From positions 1 through 53,751 of the IMG/VR virus record IMGVR_UViG_2698536392_000015: DNA of 53,751 nt; one strand, 5' to 3'. The stretch's first letter is position 1. The number at the start of each line of letters is the position of its first letter. The position numbers were made by a program, and so were the translations under genes. The DNA is from a virus. Taxonomy: Duplodnaviria > Heunggongvirae > Uroviricota > Caudoviricetes. This document shows, one piece after another, positions 1-9,290 of the stretch. The notes beneath the pieces were generated by a model. The model worked only from the letters and a program-made list of their open reading frames with translations, was not told the origin of the DNA and made no database searches.

Positions 1-1976
1 GGATCGAAAAATATTGCACCTATTGAGATAATCGGGGCATCAGGATTTTTTCCCATGGTTTCAAGGTCGATCATTAGATGGTCACACGTCCTGCTGGTGG
101 ATGTGATAATGCGATGACCGTTCACCGTAATTGAGGGATCTGCCGTCTCGCCAGTTTCACTATAGCTGGCGTGGTCCTGAGCGCTGCCAGCATTCTCCTT
201 GTGTGGATGTTCAGCGCCTTCCATTTTCTCCGAATCGTCTTCCTGAACTTCAACCAGGTTCTTGTCATCGAATGTTTCCTGGTATGTTGCGTCGCCCATC
301 ACCGCGCCACAATCAGGGCAGTTGCCGCCACTCCTCTGACCGCAGGCGGTGCAGATCTTTTCCGGTTCCTGTTGCACTACTGGTTCAGGTTGTTTCGTTT
401 CTGGCTCGTTTTGTTGCGTATTTGGGCTGTTCTGTTCCGCTTTCTGGTCGTTCTGTTCCGTTTCTGGCTGATTCTGGTACACAGAATCGCGGGTCTGGAT
501 CCCCTTAATCCATTTCGGATCATTCGGGTCGCTAATCCCTTCAACAAATTCTCCGCGAGAGGCAGCCAGTAATTTGTCTGCATCGACAGGATTTTGGGGC
601 GGAATGTTTTTCCGGGCTTCATGGAGTTCTGCCCGCAGTTTCTGATATTTCGCATCAACAGAATTTATCTGTGGCTGAGCATCCATCGACTGCGTGTCCT
701 GATTATGTTCAGTTGTATCCGGTTCCACTGCTTCAGTCGTTGCCTGTTCATCTGCCATTGCGCCAGATGGCTGCGGTTTTTCTTCATCATCCTGTTTTCC
801 TTCTTTTGTTACACGCTGCGGCATTGGAGCAGAGGAGCGACCGCAGGCAATATCCACGATTTCTGGATCAGGGTTGGCATGGTCGGTTTCGGTCAGTACT
901 TTGTTCAGATATTCGGTAACACGGTGGGGAGTAGCCTCGATACCAATTGGTGCTTCTTTCACGGACGCAACCACTATCGCGCGGGAATAATCCAGGTGAC
1001 CAGGCATGGCGATGAATTTGTCACGAAAAACAGAAAAGGGCGGCTTATTCTCTGAAACGATTTCTTCAATGCGTTTGGCGTGTGCCGGATGTGGATTGTA
1101 AATATCGATGTCCATTGAACGGGCCAGAACGCCAGCGGCAACGTCACGTTCCACTGACGCATCATCGTGGACAAAACCTTCACCGCGATCGGTAAGAATT
1201 CCTCCGCCAGCATTAGCGCCGGATGGCGTGCGGCTGATGCGTAAAACACGATTTCCTTTCATCCACTCTTTTGTCAGCAGACCTCGATCGGTATAGTCAG
1301 CGTCCAGGTATGCTTCGAAAAAAGCAGTCATTAACCCCAGACTGGAATTAACGGGATTAGGGAAAACTTTGTCTGTGTCGCGTACCAGTTTGTGAAGGTC
1401 GCGAATCTCCAGCGGGTCGAGCAGCTTTGTGTTGTGGGAAATAGCCAGGGCAGTAACAGCAGGCAGTTCTTCAGCTCGTGCGATATGTAATGCCTGAAGT
1501 TCTTCCCGTGAAACGTGCGTTACCGGTTTTTCGCTGCCATGTTGCGCAAGCCAGCGAATGGGCAGTTCCTGACCGGAAATCGGCAGGAGCATATTATCCT
1601 CAATCTCAGCCATGTCTTCGCCATTGACGTTGGTATTGTCAGTGCTGGCTGGTTTGTCCTGAACTGAGGGGGAAGGCGCTATAAATATCATTGTGATGCC
1701 ATCTTCTCCGCCTTTTTCATAGCGGTTGCAGAATTCAGTATCGAACACACCTTCAGGCGGCAGGTCATTAACAATGGGCAAATTCACGCGAACAGGTTTT
1801 TTGAAATCCTCTTCGTCAAATCCAGCATCGTCCATTGCGACAACACCCCGTGATATTGCAACCGATAATTTTTTTGCTGTGCGCCAGTAAAAACCGCCTT
1901 TAATCCCAAGGCGTTTTCTGACTTTGTCATTTTTGGCTTCGTAATACAGTGCAATTTCTTCTTTATCAGTGCTCAT
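1..1976 (-). CDS. Large prophage exonuclease-like protein, 3' end outside window; possible RecE (exonuclease VIII) homologue
   Basis: Manual translation from ATG at 1976 (RBS GAGG 7 nt upstream) stays open to position 1, so it is absent from the ORF track. Contains a CxxC-x7-CxxC zinc ribbon, a Q/E/P-rich low-complexity linker and a terminal MIDLETMG...[11 protein letters not shown] stretch resembling a DEDD exonuclease Exo I motif. Sits where recE lies in Rac-like prophages. Confidence 0.55.
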   Translation of the reverse strand, partial: MSTDKEEIALYYEAKNDKVRKRLGIKGGFYWRTAKKLSVAISRGVVAMDDAGFDEEDFKKPVRVNLPIVNDLPPEGVFDTEFCNRYEKGGEDGITMIFIAPSPSVQDKPASTDNTNVNGEDMAEIEDNMLLPISGQELPIRWLAQHGSEKPVTHVSREELQALHIARAEELPAVTALAISHNTKLLDPLEIRDLHKLVRDTDKVFPNPVNSSLGLMTAFFEAYLDADYTDRGLLTKEWMKGNRVLRISRTPSGANAGGGILTDRGEGFVHDDASVERDVAAGVLARSMDIDIYNPHPAHAKRIEEIVSENKPPFSVFRDKFIAMPGHLDYSRAIVVASVKEAPIGIEATPHRVTEYLNKVLTETDHANPDPEIVDIACGRSSAPMPQRVTKEGKQDDEEKPQPSGAMADEQATTEAVEPDTTEHNQDTQSMDAQPQINSVDAKYQKLRAELHEARKNIPPQNPVDADKLLAASRGEFVEGISDPNDPKWIKGIQTRDSVYQNQPETEQNDQKAEQNSPNTQQNEPETKQPEPVVQQEPEKICTACGQRSGGNCPDCGAVMGDATYQETFDDKNLVEVQEDDSEKMEGAEHPHKENAGSAQDHASYSETGETADPSITVNGHRIITSTSRTCDHLMIDLETMGKNPDAPIISIGAIFFD

Positions 1977-2068
1977 TGATAAACCTCATAACTATTTTAA
2001 GGTTGTACGAATCCCTGCTATTGCTGGCATGCTTAATCAACGGGTATGGCGTTAATACGGCTGGCGGG

Positions 2069-2257
2069 TTATCCAGCCGGTATTTCGTTATTCAGGTACA
2101 GCGATACTTTGTTTAACGGGAGACATTCACCGGAAATTTTTTGCTCGTCTCTTGCCTGATGGCAGGATTCTTTACTGGCATAAATTCCGGTAATCACATT
2201 CTGTGGCTCACCTGTTATAAGAAAAACCGTCATCATCAGTGCAAACGCTGAACTCAC
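2069..2257 (-). CDS. Small hypothetical protein (62 aa), hydrophobic N-terminus
   Basis: Track ORF; overlaps upstream gene by 4 nt, directly upstream of the exonuclease gene in the same leftward operon. Confidence 0.35.
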   Translation of the reverse strand: MSSAFALMMTVFLITGEPQNVITGIYASKESCHQARDEQKISGECLPLNKVSLYLNNEIPAG

Positions 2258-2442
2258 TGCTGCCCTCCGAAAATGCCAAGTTCAAGAAGGGCAATTCTGG
2301 AGAGTATGGAATTATCATTGAGAAGATAAGGCTCATATTTTCTCATCCTGATGGCGTCTTCAGTAAACTCCCGGTTACTGAGCAGAATACCAATATTAAA
2401 ACACCCTTCAGACGTATTAACGTTTGGTAGTGACGTTTCCAT
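2254..2442 (-). CDS. Small hypothetical protein (62 aa)
   Basis: Internal ATG at 2442 preceded by GAGGA; the track ORF 2254..2547 starts further upstream. Confidence 0.35.
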   Translation of the reverse strand: METSLPNVNTSEGCFNIGILLSNREFTEDAIRMRKYEPYLLNDNSILSRIALLELGIFGGQQ

Positions 2443-3005
2443 TATCGCGTCCTCAACAATGAATTTTGTGATGCGGTGCCTGGTGCCTCCAGGTGACGTT
2501 AACCAGTTAACAATTAACGCCGGATACAGAGAATCCACCCATAACACTGTTTTTGGTTTTAACTGTTCCGCGTGCGCTGAGCCGCATTCACCGCATCACA
2601 AAATTCACTTTAAAAAGGGCGGCAGAGCAGCCACGGAGTAAAACTGATACCGCCAAACGTCACCAGAAAATTGATAACAGAGGGCGTTGCAGCGGGGTTG
2701 TCACTTAAGCGTATGGTCAGCCTGACAACCCGGTGTCCTCAAGGGGAAGGAATAACCCCGCCATACTTACCGCCGCGCCATTTCGCGGATTGCCACAACC
2801 AGAAGCGCACGGTCGAAGAAATTTAACGACAAGACTTATATGCAAAGGGATCTCGCCGTGCGCTTTCGTGTTATGCCCTGACTTTTCAGGGAAATATCCT
2901 TTCAGTAAACTGTCAGTACCGGATTCTTATCCGTGTCCGGCGCACGACCACACGTGACAGCGTGTTGGTCTCCATTTTTAACCCAGAACCTCAATGGAGG
3001 ATAAA

Positions 3006-3215
3006 ATGCCAAACAAAAAAAGAAATCCGCTTATTGAAAAACAGATTGAATGCCTGGTAAATCAACTCAGGCAATCAGGGTTATTAAAAACTCATTCAGA
3101 GTTGAGGCTCACAGAATCAGCATTCGACGATAAATTAAATAATGTCCTTTATAATGGCATTATTGATTTTAATCGTTCTGTTGGTCGCCGCGGCCCTGCT
3201 GGTGTTTCCTTATAA
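3006..3215 (+). CDS. Small hypothetical protein (69 aa)
   Basis: ATG at 3006 with GGAGG 5 nt upstream; AT-rich; convergent with 3216..3854. Confidence 0.35.
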   Translation: MPNKKRNPLIEKQIECLVNQLRQSGLLKTHSELRLTESAFDDKLNNVLYNGIIDFNRSVGRRGPAGVSL

Positions 3216-3854
3216 TTACCAGTCAATCCAGAGTGGACCGTGTTCAGCGTAAATATAACTGTACACATCCAGATTATATTTGTGGTCTGTTAAGAACAGG
3301 CCGCAAATACATGCCGAAGCTTCCAGTGCAGCGGCTCTGTTACTGAATAACCATGTAGCAACATTCCAGCGTTTTTCTGCATCCCAGTCTTTCTCAAGGC
3401 CTGATACCATGAAGAAACCGTTAGTGTTGCCATCAAATAATTCTGTTTCCAAATTTTTAAGCAATGCCTGATGGACTCTTGCCAGGTATTCCGCCGGAAT
3501 TTCGCCACGAATTCTGATGAGATTGTCATAAACAAACATGTTCCCCGCATATGGCGATTTTTCTTTCTTGTTTTTTAAACCAGCATCATGAGCAAACTGA
3601 TCAATTTCTTCTTCCGTTGGTTTCGTATTGATGTTTTGCGCTGTCGTTTCTGCAATTTTATTTGCCACACTCTCTGAGTCGTGTTTATTTATAGACGCAC
3701 AGAAATACAATCCGGTAAACGCATCGCGCACATTACGAGCCATATTATCAGTGTCTTTTTTCGTTACCGATTCCAATTCAAGTTCGTTCAGACGATGACG
3801 AAGTGTGTGTGCTGCAATCTCCTGGATTGAAGGAGGTAAATCTTTAAATTCCAT
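3216..3854 (-). CDS. Hypothetical prophage protein (212 aa)
   Basis: Track ORF 3216..3866; start MEFKDLPP at 3854 with GAGG RBS; stop abuts the upstream gene. Confidence 0.5.
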   Translation of the reverse strand: MEFKDLPPSIQEIAAHTLRHRLNELELESVTKKDTDNMARNVRDAFTGLYFCASINKHDSESVANKIAETTAQNINTKPTEEEIDQFAHDAGLKNKKEKSPYAGNMFVYDNLIRIRGEIPAEYLARVHQALLKNLETELFDGNTNGFFMVSGLEKDWDAEKRWNVATWLFSNRAAALEASACICGLFLTDHKYNLDVYSYIYAEHGPLWIDW

Positions 3855-3865
3855 CGTCAACCTCA

Positions 3866-4105
3866 TCAGTCAGTGTTTCTGGCTAACCAGCGACGCGCGC
3901 CAGCTTCAGTTTTAAACGTTTTGCTTTTGGTATACGTCATCGCGGTGAACGTACCGTCCTGGTTGGGGAACACGCCACATACCAGAGATTCGTTGTTGCC
4001 AAGATTGAGCGTATCCATGTTGACCTCATTTCCCCTTAACGCCGGGGTAGCGGAACAAAAACCTGCTGCATAGTTATTAAAGTTGAACCCTGCCGTCATG
4101 TTCAT
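3866..4105 (-). CDS. Hypothetical prophage protein (79 aa)
   Basis: Track ORF in the leftward operon downstream of the toxin gene. Confidence 0.4.
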   Translation of the reverse strand: MNMTAGFNFNNYAAGFCSATPALRGNEVNMDTLNLGNNESLVCGVFPNQDGTFTAMTYTKSKTFKTEAGARRWLARNTD

Positions 4106-4309
4106 ACGCCTCGGGCTGGCTACTTAACCCCTGACCACTGCCGGGTAACTCGAAGTATTTCCCTGCGTTCTGTGGGGCGGGGTGGGTTGGTATTTTTAGT
4201 TTAATAAACATTAAACTTAAGTCAAGTAAAAACCAAACCGCGGGACATAACAAACACAACGCTTTTGATAAAGTCGTTGCGGTTGTTATGTTTCTATTGG
4301 TAGTGAAAG

Positions 4310-4588
4310 TTAGGGAAACTGGCGTCTTGCGTGGATCACGTTTACTACTTCAACGCTTGATGTTGTTACGCGGTATAGAATTATATAGTTAGGGTGGGCT
4401 ACAATCTCACGCAAGCCAGGTACTCTGTCGCTTGGTGGGTATAAATACGGATGTTCGGATAACGGCAGCACACAACCCCTTAATCGCTGCCATAAGCGTT
4501 CAGCCGCATCTATGTCGAAACGAGCAATATAACTAGTTATATCATCTAGGTCGGTATCTGCGCTTTCAAGCCATAACACGGGTAACAT
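4310..4588 (-). CDS. ParE/RelE-family type II toxin
   Basis: C-terminal ...NYIILYRVTTSSVEVVNVIHARR pattern typical of ParE/RelE toxins; ATG at 4588 lies 1 nt after the antitoxin stop. Confidence 0.7.
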   Translation of the reverse strand: MLPVLWLESADTDLDDITSYIARFDIDAAERLWQRLRGCVLPLSEHPYLYPPSDRVPGLREIVAHPNYIILYRVTTSSVEVVNVIHARRQFP

Positions 4589-4589
4589 T

Positions 4590-4781
4590 TTACTGCTTGC
4601 TCCGTTCCTTGCGCATCTTAGCAAAGCGTTCTGCCATTCTGCGCTCAACTTCGTCATGGGGAATTGCTGGGCGCGGATCTGCAAGGCTCGTTGCTACTTT
4701 CGCACGCAGCCATTCGTTGTAACTGTTTTCTTGTTCAATGGTTTCAAATTCAGAAACCATTGGTGAAAGGGCTCTATTCAT
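4590..4781 (-). CDS. Cognate antitoxin (ParD-like), 63 aa
   Basis: Start MNRALSP at 4781 preceded by GGAGGA; small, directly upstream of and coupled to the toxin. Confidence 0.6.
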   Translation of the reverse strand: MNRALSPMVSEFETIEQENSYNEWLRAKVATSLADPRPAIPHDEVERRMAERFAKMRKERSKQ

Positions 4782-4801
4782 GTTTCCTCCGGTTTTATAA
4801 C

Positions 4802-5173
4802 TCAGGCGCGGCGGCATTTTTGCGCCGCAATCCATCTCGCTATGAGATCTTCCATTGATTCTTTTTTCTGCTTTAACTCGCTGATTATCTGGCGTTGCTC
4901 ATCCTCAGGGAAGGCTGAAAAAATCTGCAATAATTCCAGTTGATTAGACGTTAACCCTGCATGTGGTGGAGAACCCCCCGGTTGTTCTGCGTATTCCGCA
5001 TCCAGATACCCTTCCGGCATCCCGTATGTTTGCTCTATTCTTCTGGCAGCCTTTTCTCCAAACGAGGCTCTCCCACTCATTAGTTGAGATAGGTAGCTCT
5101 TCTCTTTGGGTGGCAGAGTTTTATCTTTAAACCACTCCTTGAGACGTAAACGGCGAATTTCTTTTTTTTGCAT
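4802..5173 (-). CDS. Prophage immunity repressor, DicA-like HTH protein
   Basis: HTH region (SYLSQLMSGRASFGEKAARRIE) and C-terminal LELLQIFSAFPEDEQ resembling DicA as recalled; divergent from a Cro-like gene. Confidence 0.65.
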   Translation of the reverse strand: MQKKEIRRLRLKEWFKDKTLPPKEKSYLSQLMSGRASFGEKAARRIEQTYGMPEGYLDAEYAEQPGGSPPHAGLTSNQLELLQIFSAFPEDEQRQIISELKQKKESMEDLIARWIAAQKCRRA

Positions 5174-5270
5174 GTGGTAATTATCTTTAGTAATCACTAA
5201 ACAAGCAAATACTTGACTTAATGGTTTATCAAACACTAAACTCGCAAAAAAACACTAAACCGAGGAAGGT
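5174..5270. promoter_or_regulatory. Divergent promoter/operator region of the immunity switch
   Basis: Three CACTAAAC repeats (5193, 5232, 5250) and an inverted repeat TTTAGT-N4-ACTAAA (5179-5194) between divergent repressor and Cro-like genes. Confidence 0.5.
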
Positions 5271-5573
5271 ATGACATTAAAAGAGTTTATTAAATCATTA
5301 AGGGTTGGTGATGCTAAGAAATTCGCGGCCAGACTTGGTGTATCGCCATCTTACTTATCGCAAATGGCGTCTGGACGAACAGCTATATCTCCAACCCGCG
5401 CCCTTATGATCGAATCTGCGACGGAAGGCCAAGTAAGTAGGGCGGAGCTACGACCCCATGATTGGGAGCTTATTTGGCCTGAGTATGCGAGCGGCATTCG
5501 TTTGGGGCAAACACATGTAGTTCATGCTGAAGGTGATTGTAGTGCATGCTTATCTGATGGAGTTGATTCATGA
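5271..5573 (+). CDS. Cro/YdaS-like HTH regulator
   Basis: HTH motif (AARLGVSPSYLSQMASGR); divergent from repressor; RBS GAGGAAGG. Confidence 0.6.
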   Translation: MTLKEFIKSLRVGDAKKFAARLGVSPSYLSQMASGRTAISPTRALMIESATEGQVSRAELRPHDWELIWPEYASGIRLGQTHVVHAEGDCSACLSDGVDS

Positions 5574-5995
5574 AAATCAAGCATGAACACATCCGCATGG
5601 CGATGAATGTCTGGGCGCATCCGGACGGCGAAAAAGTACCGGCTGCGAAAATTACCAAAGCGTATTTCGAGCTGGGAATGACGTTCCCGGAACTGTACGA
5701 CGACAGCCATCCGGAAGCCCTGGCCCGTAATACCCAGAAAATTTTCCGCTGGGTGGAGAAGGACACCCCTGATGCTGTTGAAAAAATTCAGGCTCTGTTA
5801 CCGGCGATCGAAAAGGCGATGCCGCCTTTGCTGGTGGCCCGTATGCGCAGCCACAGTTCTGAATATTACCGTGAGATCGTCGAACGGAGGGATCGGCTGG
5901 TGAAGGATGTCGATGATTTTGTTGCGTCAGCGGTTGTTTTGTATGACCAGATGAATCGCGGCGGCCCGGCAGGGAATGCTGTGGTGATGCACTAA
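5570..5995 (+). CDS. YdaT-like prophage protein (141 aa)
   Basis: N-terminal MKIKHEH and size match my recollection of Rac YdaT; position after the Cro-like gene. Confidence 0.45.
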   Translation: MKIKHEHIRMAMNVWAHPDGEKVPAAKITKAYFELGMTFPELYDDSHPEALARNTQKIFRWVEKDTPDAVEKIQALLPAIEKAMPPLLVARMRSHSSEYYREIVERRDRLVKDVDDFVASAVVLYDQMNRGGPAGNAVVMH

Positions 5996-6002
5996 AAGCA
6001 CG

Positions 6003-6980
6003 GTGTTCGGGGGTTTTATGAGCAGCAAGCTTCATGGTCTTGTCTGGGAAGGGTGCGCCTTCACCGGCATGATCTTATCCAGGGTGGCGGTTATGGCCCG
6101 TCTTGCAGACTACAGCAATGACGAGGGCGTGTCATGGCCTGCCATTGAAACTATCCGGCGTCAGATCGGTGCAAGAAGTGAATCCACAGTGAAATCGGCT
6201 ATTGCAGAACTGGCGAAAGAGGGCTGGCTGACGAAGGAAGAGCGTAAGGTCGGTGGGCGTAATGTAAGCAATATCTATCGGCTTAATGTGGAAAAACTCG
6301 AAGCAGCTGCGGCGGCGGCGCGTGAGTCATATAAACCAAAAAGAAAAATTAGCCCGGCAAAAAATGACCCGTTAACAGTTGACCCGTCAAATATTGACCC
6401 CTCAACGGTTGACCCGTCAAATTTTGATGGATCAACTGTTGATAAAAAACTGCCGATTAGGGGGGCGATGATTGACCCCGATCCGTCAGTATTAAAACCT
6501 GATCCGTCAGATAAAAGATCTTCTTGTCCGGACGCTTCGCAACCGGACCCGCAGACGGCTGAACAGGATTTTTTAACCCGACACCCTGACGCGGTTGTGT
6601 TCAGTGCGAAAAAACGCCAGTGGGGAAGTCAGGAAGATTTGGTGTGCGCACAGTGGATCTGGGGACGAATCGTGAGTCTTTACGAGCAGGCGGCCAGCTA
6701 TGATGGCGAGATCACTAGACCGAAAGAACCCAACTGGACAGCATGGGCCAATGACGTTCGCACAATGCGGATGCTGGATGGCAGAACTCACAGACAAATT
6801 TGTGAAATGTTTGGGCGTCTCCAGCGGGATTCGTTCTGGGTAAAAAACATCATGAGTCCGGCAAAACTCCGGGAAAAATGGGATGAACTGGTTATCCGCC
6901 TGGGGCGTTCGCCTGCGCAGCGTTGCGTGAATCACATTTCTGAACCGGACACTGAAATTCCGCCGGGCTTCAGGGGGTAA
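6003..6980 (+). CDS. Putative replication initiator / replisome organiser (O-like)
   Basis: N-terminal winged-helix-like region; coding sequence contains iteron-like direct DNA repeats; lies in the replication-gene position. Confidence 0.5.
   Translation: MFGGFMSSKLHGLVWEGCAFTGMILSRVAVMARLADYSNDEGVSWPAIETIRRQIGARSESTVKSAIAELAKEGWLTKEERKVGGRNVSNIYRLNVEKLEAAAAAARESYKPKRKISPAKNDPLTVDPSNIDPSTVDPSNFDGSTVDKKLPIRGAMIDPDPSVLKPDPSDKRSSCPDASQPDPQTAEQDFLTRHPDAVVFSAKKRQWGSQEDLVCAQWIWGRIVSLYEQAASYDGEITRPKEPNWTAWANDVRTMRMLDGRTHRQICEMFGRLQRDSFWVKNIMSPAKLREKWDELVIRLGRSPAQRCVNHISEPDTEIPPGFRG
6362..6515. repeat. Iteron-like direct repeats (candidate replication origin) inside the replication gene
   Basis: TTGACCCGTCAA-like 12-13 bp units repeated at about 6378, 6393, 6408 and 6423, with degenerate copies to about 6510, followed by an A-rich stretch. 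Confidence 0.45.
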
Positions 6981-7020
6981 GTGTTAATTTCTGGTCATGA
7001 GGTAATTTTCAGGAGGGCTT

Positions 7021-7242
7021 GTGGCAAAAGTTTTTACACAAGAAGAGCGGGAAAAAATTAAAGGGCAGGTTGTTGAACTCGTACGCCAGAGTGGGCGCGA
7101 GACGTTACGACAACTGGAAACTAAAACTGGGGCAACAAGATATCTGATAAGCGTTCTGGCCAGAGAGCTGGTTGCCAGTGGCGATGTATACAACTCTGGT
7201 TACGGGTTATTCCCGTCTGAACAGGCGCGTAAGGACTGGTAA
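7021..7242 (+). CDS. Hypothetical small protein (73 aa)
   Basis: Track ORF; coding-like sequence continues in frame after the TAA stop. Confidence 0.3.
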   Translation: MAKVFTQEEREKIKGQVVELVRQSGRETLRQLETKTGATRYLISVLARELVASGDVYNSGYGLFPSEQARKDW

Positions 7243-7439
7243 AATGCCCGTAAAAAGCTCTCAAGGGCAAAGCCGAAGAAACCATCTGCGGTTGATCCGG
7301 ACCTTATCTGGTCATTACCAGATGGCGAAATACGCCGCTACGACAGGCGTCTGAACATAATCTGTCTCGAGTGCCGGAAGGGCGAAGTTATGCAGCGCGT
7401 ACTGGCGTTTTATCAGGGGAATTTTGAGGAGGTGGTGCG

Positions 7440-7694
7440 GTGAGTGAATCAAAATGCCAGGTTAATGGCAACAAGATAGAACCATGTGCAGCACTGGCAA
7501 AGTCCCTTGAGCATGATGCTGAATACACGATGCGAAAAGGTCTGTTGATATACAAAATCTGGAATGAGAGTTTAACTCGCGGTCCTGATTTTGTGATGTT
7601 GCGTTCCGGTGAATTTTCTAAATTACCAGTTCGGGTTTCATTTTGTCCGTTCTGTGGTGAAAGTCTGAAAACGTGGGAGAACAGAAATGAATGA
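7440..7694 (+). CDS. Hypothetical small Cys-containing protein (84 aa)
   Basis: Track ORF; C-terminal CPFCGE motif. Confidence 0.4.
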   Translation: MSESKCQVNGNKIEPCAALAKSLEHDAEYTMRKGLLIYKIWNESLTRGPDFVMLRSGEFSKLPVRVSFCPFCGESLKTWENRNE

Positions 7695-7998
7695 AATCAA
7701 AGAAATACCAGTAGTACGTGATGAATATGGCTGCTGGACGCATCCTGAATATGAAAAATTCTGTGACGGTCGGGAATATATTTCAACGGAAGAGTTTAAC
7801 GCCTGGATGGAGGAAAATAATCTTCAATACGTCCTCTGCTTCAGAGATGAAGGATGTGCTGACCTTGATGCGTGTGATGCTGATATTTCTGCATGGGAAC
7901 CGGAACGACCAGAGGGCAATGGATGGTTTATTGGTTCAATACATGACACCGAAGATGGCCCGGTTTGTGTATGGCTGAGAAATAAGGCCGAAGCATAA
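7687..7998 (+). CDS. Hypothetical nin-region protein (103 aa)
   Basis: Track ORF overlapping the previous stop. Confidence 0.4.
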   Translation: MNEIKEIPVVRDEYGCWTHPEYEKFCDGREYISTEEFNAWMEENNLQYVLCFRDEGCADLDACDADISAWEPERPEGNGWFIGSIHDTEDGPVCVWLRNKAEA

Positions 7999-8130
7999 AG
8001 GCTATAAACCGACTAACAACTAAATACTGAAGATTTAAATCAGAAACGATTTTTATTAAATCCTTAACCGGAGGGATTCCTGCACCCTCAAATCATCAGG
8101 AGGCCGCCCGAAAGGGCGGTGGAGATAATA

Positions 8131-8652
8131 ATGGGAATAACTAAAGAACGATTGTTGGAAATAGCAAACCTTAGTGATTGGGCATTAAGTGATGAGAGAA
8201 TTGTTTCTCCTCATGCTTATGAGTCAGTTACAAGTATAGAAATAACAACAATGGCTAGAATGCTGCTTGGTTATTTCAAAATAGAAAATAAAAAACAGAT
8301 GGATAGTAATGTTGATATATGTGAGATTTTAGACGATTGGGGGGCTTGGGTTGTGGCTGGTAATAGTTCTATTGATTGGCAGGAAATAGCTGATAAATAT
8401 AAAAATGTTGTTCCTCATGGTAAAAAATCACGTCGTCAGTGCAGCAATGATGAAGGGCGAATTATTGACATTAGTATCCTTAGGTTAGAAAGATATAAGC
8501 AACAAGAATATGAGTTAATTGTTGCTCATTTCGTGATTGGTTTATCTCTTCGTGCTATTGCAAAGCAACAAGGATGTTCAGATGGAACAATTCGTAAAAG
8601 ATTGCAAAAAGCCTTAGGTTTTTTGACTGGATATATAGCAATTACCAGTTAA
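8131..8652 (+). CDS. Late antiterminator Q-like protein
   Basis: WGAW motif, conserved RRQC stretch and C-terminal HTH-like ...SDGTIRKRLQKALG pattern resembling phage-82-type Q as recalled; ATG 8131 with GGTGGAG RBS. Confidence 0.6.
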   Translation: MGITKERLLEIANLSDWALSDERIVSPHAYESVTSIEITTMARMLLGYFKIENKKQMDSNVDICEILDDWGAWVVAGNSSIDWQEIADKYKNVVPHGKKSRRQCSNDEGRIIDISILRLERYKQQEYELIVAHFVIGLSLRAIAKQQGCSDGTIRKRLQKALGFLTGYIAITS

Positions 8653-9290
8653 GAGTCAGCGGTTTTTTTACCAGTGTAATGGTATAAGGATACTCCCATG
8701 TGTCTTACATGATATGGAAGCGCTGTTGCTGGATGCTTTGTGATACTCTTAAAGCGGAGGGGAGAGCCTTCCGCTTCAATTTCTGCGTCCGAAACGGTCG
8801 TAGAGAAAAATTCTTTCCATTCATTGAATTTTACTGCTGATTTGTCAGACTTTATATAAATTAGAATTCCTCCATGATCGTCACGTGACGTACCCGTGCC
8901 GTAACGTTCGGTTAGCTGAATCCAGCCATTATGAATAGATTTGGGGCCTCTCCATAATTTTGCTTCACCGATCCATTCGAATTTTCCGAATTGATGTTTA
9001 ACTAATAAATCAACGTGACCGCCATGTTGAGTATCATGTTCAACATCATAAAACCTACCTTTCAGGAAATTTTTGATCGACGCTGTTAGCTCGTCCTCTC
9101 CCCACTTAGCATCTTGATAGAAGTGTTTGTCATTTTCTAAATTCTGAATAGCGTCGTCTAAATCTTCATAGAGTTGCTTTACAAAAATATTTTTGTCTGC
9201 AGCTAATTTTCTTTGAACCATTCCCCTAAATTCAGGATCCATTCTAATTAATGATTGAAGGTCTGCAGTACAGATGTTTACATCACTCAT
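8649..9290 (-). CDS. Hypothetical protein with PD-(D/E)xK nuclease-like motif, gene 3 of a three-gene operon
   Basis: GHVDLL...GEAK spacing compatible with a PD-(D/E)xK core; start MSDVNIC at 9290 with GGAGAG RBS; overlaps the upstream gene stop. Confidence 0.5.
   Translation of the reverse strand: MSDVNICTADLQSLIRMDPEFRGMVQRKLAADKNIFVKQLYEDLDDAIQNLENDKHFYQDAKWGEDELTASIKNFLKGRFYDVEHDTQHGGHVDLLVKHQFGKFEWIGEAKLWRGPKSIHNGWIQLTERYGTGTSRDDHGGILIYIKSDKSAVKFNEWKEFFSTTVSDAEIEAEGSPLRFKSITKHPATALPYHVRHMGVSLYHYTGKKTADS

Noticed and set aside
131-1296. Plus-strand track ORFs 131..508, 171..572, 594..1055, 671..919, 1108..1296 and minus ORFs 377..658, 974..1249
   Set aside because: All overlap the long minus-strand exonuclease-like frame that I translated continuously from 1976 to 1; their products are low-complexity or Arg/Cys-rich, typical of off-frame translation.
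8630-8660. Recurrence of the ACCAGTTAAG motif near 8641 and 30565
   Set aside because: Short 10-bp coincidence with no extended similarity around it.
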